Of a stretch of 64,000 bases of DNA, positions 58,907 through 64,000 are shown in pieces. This DNA is from Escherichia phage RB43. The stretch lies in sequence record NC_007023.1. One strand, 5' to 3'. The notes beneath the pieces were generated by a model. That model had not been told where the DNA came from. It saw nothing but the letters and a program-made list of their open reading frames with translations, and did no database searches. Each line of letters starts with the position of its first letter. The first letter of the stretch is position 1. The position numbers were made by a program, and so were the translations under genes.

Positions 58907-59409
58907 ATGAAAAATATACGGAACTTGATGAACTTCTCAAGTGCGTAAGTGTAGACATTTGTAGCGGTGTTGTTACGTGGACTAAGCCAACAAACCGAAA
59001 AATTTGTATAGGCCAATCTGCTGGTGTTGTTGATAAAAACGGGTATACTGTTATCGGGTTCAAAGGGAAGAAATTCTTCCGACACCACGTTATATGGTAT
59101 GCGATTCATGGTACACTACCAGAAAAACCGTATGTTATTGATCATGTTCACGGAGTTGAACGTGGCGATGGGGTTTCGAACCTACAAAAGATTACACAAC
59201 AACAAAACATCATGAAGAAAAAGGTTCAGAGAAATAATAAATCTGGACATAAAGGCGTACATTGGTGCAACACATACAACAAATGGGTTGCAAAAATAAA
59301 GTTCAATGGAAAATCAATTTATATCGGAGAGTATGACGATTTGAATGATGCTATCAACGCAAGAATTCGCAAATCTCAAGAACTCTTTGGTGAGTTTGGA
59401 GAAATATAA
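58903..59409 (+). CDS. HNH homing endonuclease with AP2-type DNA-binding domain
   Basis: HNH core IDHVHGVERGDGVSNLQKIT; AP2-like SGHKGVHWCNTYNKWVAKIKFNGKSIYIGEYDDLNDAINA; inserted between gene 49 and nrdD. Confidence 0.7.
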   Translation: MNEKYTELDELLKCVSVDICSGVVTWTKPTNRKICIGQSAGVVDKNGYTVIGFKGKKFFRHHVIWYAIHGTLPEKPYVIDHVHGVERGDGVSNLQKITQQQNIMKKKVQRNNKSGHKGVHWCNTYNKWVAKIKFNGKSIYIGEYDDLNDAINARIRKSQELFGEFGEI

Positions 59410-61532
59410 TGCTTGTAGAAAAACGCGACGGCAAAACCGTTGATTTTGATAAAGAAAAAATCCGTATTGCTGTAGAAAAAGCTGGCGGGACTATGACGGA
59501 TGCTGATGCCGCAATCATGCTGGTTCAGTACAATCAGATCCGCGATGGTAGCGCAATGAAGATCGCCCGTATCCAGGAACTCGTTGAAGAATCCCTGATG
59601 AAAACGAACCCAGCGGTCGCCCGTGCATACATCGAATATCGTCACGATCGCGATATTGCCCGTGAACAGAAAAGTAAGCTGTTCAAAGATATCTCCGGTA
59701 TGGTGAATCTGTCCAACAAAGAGATCACCAACGAGAACGCGAACAAACACGCAAGGGTATTCCCGACACAGCGCAATTTGCTGGCGGGTATTGTAGCGAA
59801 GCATTTCGCCCGTAATCATATCCTTCCGAAACATATCGTAGAAGCGCATGACTCCGGCGACATCCACTATCATGATCTGGATTACAGCCCGTTCACGCCA
59901 TACACAAACTGCTGTCTGGTGGATTTGAAAGGTATGCTGGCTAATGGCTTCAAGATGGGTAACGCAGACATCGAACCCCCGAAATCAATCGGTGTTGCGA
60001 CTGCTCTTATGGCACAGATCACCGCACAGATTGCTTCTCACCAGTACGGCGGGACAACCTTTGCAAACGTGGATAAAGTGCTGGCTCCGTATGCAGAAAT
60101 GACATATGAAAAGCATGTTAAGGATGCTAAAAAGTATAAAATTTCGTTAGATCGTACATATGCGATGGAAAAGACTGAAAAAGATGTGTTTGATGCTTTC
60201 CAATCGTATGAATACGAAGTTAACACGCTGCATACTGCCAACGGACAAACACCTTTCGTTACTATTACTTTCGGTACTGGTACGGGAATGTTTGAACGGA
60301 TGATCCAGAAAGCTATTCTGAAAAACCGTATCCGTGGCCTGGGTAAAAAAGGTATTACTCCGGTATTCCCTAAACTGGTTATGTTCATGGAAAAAGGCAT
60401 TAACCTTGATCCAGAGGATCGCAACTATGACATCAAACAACTGGCTCTGGAATGCGCTTCAAAACGTATGTACCCAGATATCATTAGTGCATATAATAAC
60501 CGTCGCATCACTGGTTCTAGCGTTCCTGTATCTCCTATGGGTTGTCGCAGTTTCCTTAGTGTGTGGCATGATGATAACGGTAATGAAGTTCTGGATGGAC
60601 GTAATAACCTGGGTGTGGTGACAATCAACCTCCCGCGTATTGCTCTTGAAGCACAATCGCAGGAAGATGAAGACGCACATGACGCATTCTGGCGTATCCT
60701 TGATGAACGTCTGGAACTGTGCTTTGAAGCCCTGATGACTCGCATCGATAGCCTACGCGGTGTTAAAGCCAGTGTAGCCCCGATCCTGTACACGGAAGGT
60801 GCATTCGGTGTTCGTCTGAATCCTGATGATGAAATCCTGGAACTGTTCAAAAATGGGCGTAGCTCTATCAGTCTGGGTTATATCGGATTGCATGAAACGC
60901 TGTTAATGTTCGGCTCCGGTCAACATCCGTTCGATCGTATTGGCTCTCAAAATGTGGGTAAACTGATTCTGGAATATCTACGCGCCGCGACCGAGGCATG
61001 GAAAAAGAAAACTGGATTTGGTTTCAGTCTGTATTCAACCCCTGCCGAATCTCTCTGCCATCGCTTCTGTAAGCTGGACTTTGAGAAGTTCGGGAGTGTG
61101 AAAGGGATCACGGATAAAGGCTGGTACACAAACAGTTTCCATCTGGACGTAGACCGCACAGTGACACCGTTCGAGAAAATCGACTATGAAGCCGATTATC
61201 ATTACATTGCATCTGCTGGTCATATCAGTTATGTCGAATTCCCTGATATGAAAAACAACCTGCAAGCCCTGGAAAAAGTCTGGGATTATGCAATGGAAAA
61301 ACTGGACTATTTCGGAACTAACCTTCCGGTCGATAAGTGCTTTGAATGTGGTGCTGATGATGAATTCACTCCTACAGAAGACGGTTTCCACTGTAAACAT
61401 TGTGGTAATCACGATCCGGCAAAAATGAGCGTTACACGCCGTACATGCGGTTATCTGGGTGCTCCTGCTGTCCGTGGTTTCAACGAAGGTAAGAACAAAG
61501 AAATGATGCACCGCACTAAGCATCAAAATTAA
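59409..61532 (+). CDS. nrdD: anaerobic ribonucleoside-triphosphate reductase
   Basis: ATP-cone N-terminus, C-terminal CxxC pairs and glycyl-radical motif RRTCGYLG; uninterrupted. Confidence 0.9.
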   Translation: MLVEKRDGKTVDFDKEKIRIAVEKAGGTMTDADAAIMLVQYNQIRDGSAMKIARIQELVEESLMKTNPAVARAYIEYRHDRDIAREQKSKLFKDISGMVNLSNKEITNENANKHARVFPTQRNLLAGIVAKHFARNHILPKHIVEAHDSGDIHYHDLDYSPFTPYTNCCLVDLKGMLANGFKMGNADIEPPKSIGVATALMAQITAQIASHQYGGTTFANVDKVLAPYAEMTYEKHVKDAKKYKISLDRTYAMEKTEKDVFDAFQSYEYEVNTLHTANGQTPFVTITFGTGTGMFERMIQKAILKNRIRGLGKKGITPVFPKLVMFMEKGINLDPEDRNYDIKQLALECASKRMYPDIISAYNNRRITGSSVPVSPMGCRSFLSVWHDDNGNEVLDGRNNLGVVTINLPRIALEAQSQEDEDAHDAFWRILDERLELCFEALMTRIDSLRGVKASVAPILYTEGAFGVRLNPDDEILELFKNGRSSISLGYIGLHETLLMFGSGQHPFDRIGSQNVGKLILEYLRAATEAWKKKTGFGFSLYSTPAESLCHRFCKLDFEKFGSVKGITDKGWYTNSFHLDVDRTVTPFEKIDYEADYHYIASAGHISYVEFPDMKNNLQALEKVWDYAMEKLDYFGTNLPVDKCFECGADDEFTPTEDGFHCKHCGNHDPAKMSVTRRTCGYLGAPAVRGFNEGKNKEMMHRTKHQN

Positions 61533-61539
61533 TCAAAAA

Positions 61540-61568
61540 GCCCCTTGCGAAAGTGAGGGGCTTTTGTT
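61540..61568 (+). terminator. rho-independent terminator
   Basis: GCCCCT...AGGGGC hairpin plus TTTTGTT after nrdD. Confidence 0.6.
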
Positions 61569-61603
61569 ATATTACACATACCGAAACGATGGAGGATGAA
61601 AAG

Positions 61604-61837
61604 ATGAAACTGACAAGAAAAATGACTGATGTTGTTGGGTGTGCATTCGCTTTGGGTTATGAAGTGAAAAATCATCCTACTCGTATTGAGATCATCAACC
61701 CTATCAAGGGTCGCGCGGGGTTGGTTCTGTGTGAAGATGGTACAGCATATCGTAATGATGTTCAGTTGGATCTGGCTATCGCTCTGCGTACCGCAAAACA
61801 AATGAAAGACGTGCTTATAGCAGGTGCTAAAAAATAA
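61604..61837 (+). CDS. hypothetical protein (about 78 aa)
   Basis: ATG 61604 with GGAGGA SD preferred over ORF-track start. Confidence 0.4.
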   Translation: MKLTRKMTDVVGCAFALGYEVKNHPTRIEIINPIKGRAGLVLCEDGTAYRNDVQLDLAIALRTAKQMKDVLIAGAKK

Positions 61838-61847
61838 GGGTTATATT

Positions 61848-62325
61848 ATGTACTGGACAAAAGACAAATTCGTGTTTCGTGATGATGAAAGTTTTGGCAC
61901 GGTATACCGAAATTTAGCTTTGCGTGGTAGTGCTTTATCACCAAATCAACTATCGTCTGTTGTAATGCCGATAAAGGTTACTCACTGTGACCGTTTTGGT
62001 GTCAATGGTCTTGTTGATTCCGCTGGCACTTCCTGGTATTCGAACTGTTCTTATCTGTTAGACAACAACGATCGTGATCTCTTCAAGAAAGCTGTCCCAG
62101 TTGTTAAGAAGTCAAGAATCTGGATGTTCAAAACTTCTGGACTGTGCGCATCTTCTGGGACGAGTTTACGTTAATGGAAAACTGGTCACAAAACAGGGTG
62201 ATCTTGAAAAATATCTTCGTAAACAACGTGAAGTTGCGTTGAAAGAAACAGAAAAAACAGTCAATCGGTTGACCAAATCGTTAGCCGAAGAAACAAAAAA
62301 TCTGAAACTGTTACGGGGTGAATGA
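61848..62325 (+). CDS. hypothetical protein; two overlapping frames joinable at A4 run 62130-62133
   Basis: Frame 1 from ATG 61848 ends 62174; frame 2 (62074-62325, coiled-coil-like) overlaps. Confidence 0.3.
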
Positions 62326-62564
62326 TGTTTCCATTAAAAGCGCGTGTTCGCAACAAAACAGGAACACAGGAATGGATGGAATGTATACGGGAAACAAAAC
62401 ATTTCTACATTTCTCAGGCAGTGGACAACAACGGAAAGAACATCCGTTATAATAAAGTTGGTGGTAAACGTGTGGGTATGGATCAATATCTCCAGGTTGG
62501 TACTGTTCGGCCTGTCAACGTTCCATTTGATTTAAGAATTCCTAACGGTAAACCTGTGATATGA
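62322..62564 (+). CDS. hypothetical protein (80 aa)
   Basis: ORF with overlapping start/stop. Confidence 0.4.
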   Translation: MMFPLKARVRNKTGTQEWMECIRETKHFYISQAVDNNGKNIRYNKVGGKRVGMDQYLQVGTVRPVNVPFDLRIPNGKPVI

Positions 62565-63070
62565 TCGGGAAAATCCTTGATATCCTGTTTCCCTCCCGTG
62601 TACGTGAGCGGGAGAAACAACAACAATTCGACGACATGTTAGAAGAAGTTATGTTCAATTCTTTTATGATGTGGAAGAAAAAACGCGAAGACGAGAAGCA
62701 CCCAAACGCACAAATGGCAAAGGGTGTTTCTAAATGCGCGGTTGGTCGTTACTGGGTTGAAAAAGATTATATTGATCTGATAGGCGCTATAGCTCCTGGG
62801 GTAACGCTGGAAGACTTTTCCCGTGCAACGGGGCGTTCGTATACTGGCTGCATCAATCGTCTGCGTATGCTGTCTATAGTGGTGCGTAGCAAGAATTACG
62901 GATATCGTGATGTTATCCGTCCGGTGATTCCGGTAAGCCGATTAAAAATTCACACGGCTAACGGAAAAAGACTTGACCTGACGGATGAAATGTGTAGAAT
63001 AGGCTATATCAGAGAGGGGAAAGTGTTAAAAGCCCCTGAATGGCTCACTAAACAATTTGAAATAAGGTAA
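62561..63070 (+). CDS. hypothetical protein (169 aa)
   Basis: ORF. Confidence 0.5.
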   Translation: MIGKILDILFPSRVREREKQQQFDDMLEEVMFNSFMMWKKKREDEKHPNAQMAKGVSKCAVGRYWVEKDYIDLIGAIAPGVTLEDFSRATGRSYTGCINRLRMLSIVVRSKNYGYRDVIRPVIPVSRLKIHTANGKRLDLTDEMCRIGYIREGKVLKAPEWLTKQFEIR

Positions 63071-63074
63071 TCAC

Positions 63075-63667
63075 ATGATTAAGAAAATATTTTCGTTCCT
63101 CAACAACAAAGTAGAAACCGTCATCGAGCAAAACACCTCCCCAGAGGACGCATGGCGTAGCGCTGCACGTATCCTGATCAAGAGATTGACCGTCTGCAAC
63201 ATACCCGCATCACGGCTGCTCATGAGATCGCGAAACTAAGCAAAAAAGTTGTTGAGCACAAAGCTCTGCATGAAAGCAAAGAAGCAGAAATCAAAAAACT
63301 GCTGGCTGCTTCTCAGGAAGTTTCAAACAGTCATTACATTCTGGCACTGCAACACCGCAATATCTGGCAGGGGTTGAAAGAAAAGATCAATGAACTGGCA
63401 GAAATGAACAAACAGATCGATCTGTCTGTTGTTGAACTCGATAAAAAACTGGCTGATGTCAAAATGAACCTGGAAATTATCGAACTGAACAAACAGACTG
63501 AAAGCCTGGGTCTGACTGTGCCGGAAGATGTGATTGCAAGCGTGGGTCATACCTCCGTGAACGTCGATACTATCGTAACGAAGATTGATGTTCTGCTGGG
63601 TGGTAAGAACGCCGCCTCCGTGACTTCCGCTGATGTAAGTGCATACATCGAAGCCCTGAAAGCATAA
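63075..63667 (+). pseudogene. hypothetical coiled-coil protein; needs frame change between 63161 and 63237
   Basis: ATG 63075 frame stops at 63237; long downstream coiled-coil frame is open from 63161 with no ATG. Confidence 0.35.
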
Positions 63668-63672
63668 TGAGG

Positions 63673-63694
63673 AAGGGGCGCAAGCCCCTTTTTG
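63673..63694 (+). terminator. rho-independent terminator (GGGGCGCAAGCCCC plus T5)
   Basis: Same hairpin as after wac. Confidence 0.5.
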
Positions 63695-63697
63695 CCT

Positions 63698-63895
63698 ATG
63701 TATTATATTGAGCGTGATGAATTCGATAATTACTTTGTTGTTGATACTGTCCGTATGATTCATGAACCTCTGCCGTTGACTTGGTACTATTTGACCGAAT
63801 CTAAAAGGAAGAGATCGCGAATCAAGTTTACAGAGATGCGCTGTATGCGAAAACCGATATCAAAAGCGCGGCAATACAATCCAAATGTGAATTGA
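63698..63895 (+). CDS. hypothetical protein (about 65 aa)
   Basis: ORF; no clear SD. Confidence 0.3.
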   Translation: MYYIERDEFDNYFVVDTVRMIHEPLPLTWYYLTESKRKRSRIKFTEMRCMRKPISKARQYNPNVN

Positions 63896-64000
63896 TGAAA
63901 GCCCAAACAACAATCAATGTTAGTAGACTTCTTGTTGATGGCAATCAACCGTTTGGTTATAATTGTATAGAAGATGCTTATACAAAAGAGGATGAAAAAA

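Noticed and set aside
59409-61532. Group I intron in nrdD (as in T4)
   Set aside because: The ORF is continuous at 707 aa with conserved N- and C-terminal motifs; no interruption seen

Overview
This window is a T4-like (Tevenvirinae-type) myovirus genome segment. Its core is a conserved, co-linear late structural block on the + strand (about 9.9-42.4 kb): gp53, gp5, gp6-gp12, wac, gp13-gp24. To the left (0-9.9 kb) is a minus-strand block of small early/accessory genes (DUF262 protein, NudE, 57B/Acb1-like 2H phosphoesterase, 57A, gp1, gp3, gp2, gp4). To the right (42.4-64 kb) is a rearranged accessory region (uvsY, uvsY.-2, uvsW, rnlB, NadV, Dam, NrdC, endonuclease VII, NrdD, two HNH homing endonucleases and many small ORFs). 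All identifications rest on reading the ORF translations against remembered family motifs and T4 synteny; no database search was run. The most notable observations are: (1) three proteins carrying a T4-type capsid targeting sequence, one of them with a Walker-A kinase-like body; (2) a roughly 160-bp dyad-symmetric intergenic element present twice, each paired with an identical terminator hairpin, bracketing displaced modules; (3) a 690-aa unknown ORF where T4 has 5.1-5.4 between gp5 and gp6; (4) fibritin ending in three Hoc-like Ig domains instead of a foldon; (5) a perfect 4 x 87-bp in-frame tandem repeat and an Ig-like late gene with an in-frame TAG; (6) a standalone DUF262 protein and an NAD-salvage NadV. 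At least nine genes, including essential gp6 and gp18, need a 1-nt frame change, mostly at short homopolymer runs, so uncorrected sequencing indels are the most economical explanation. No CRISPR array, tRNA or integrase was recognised.
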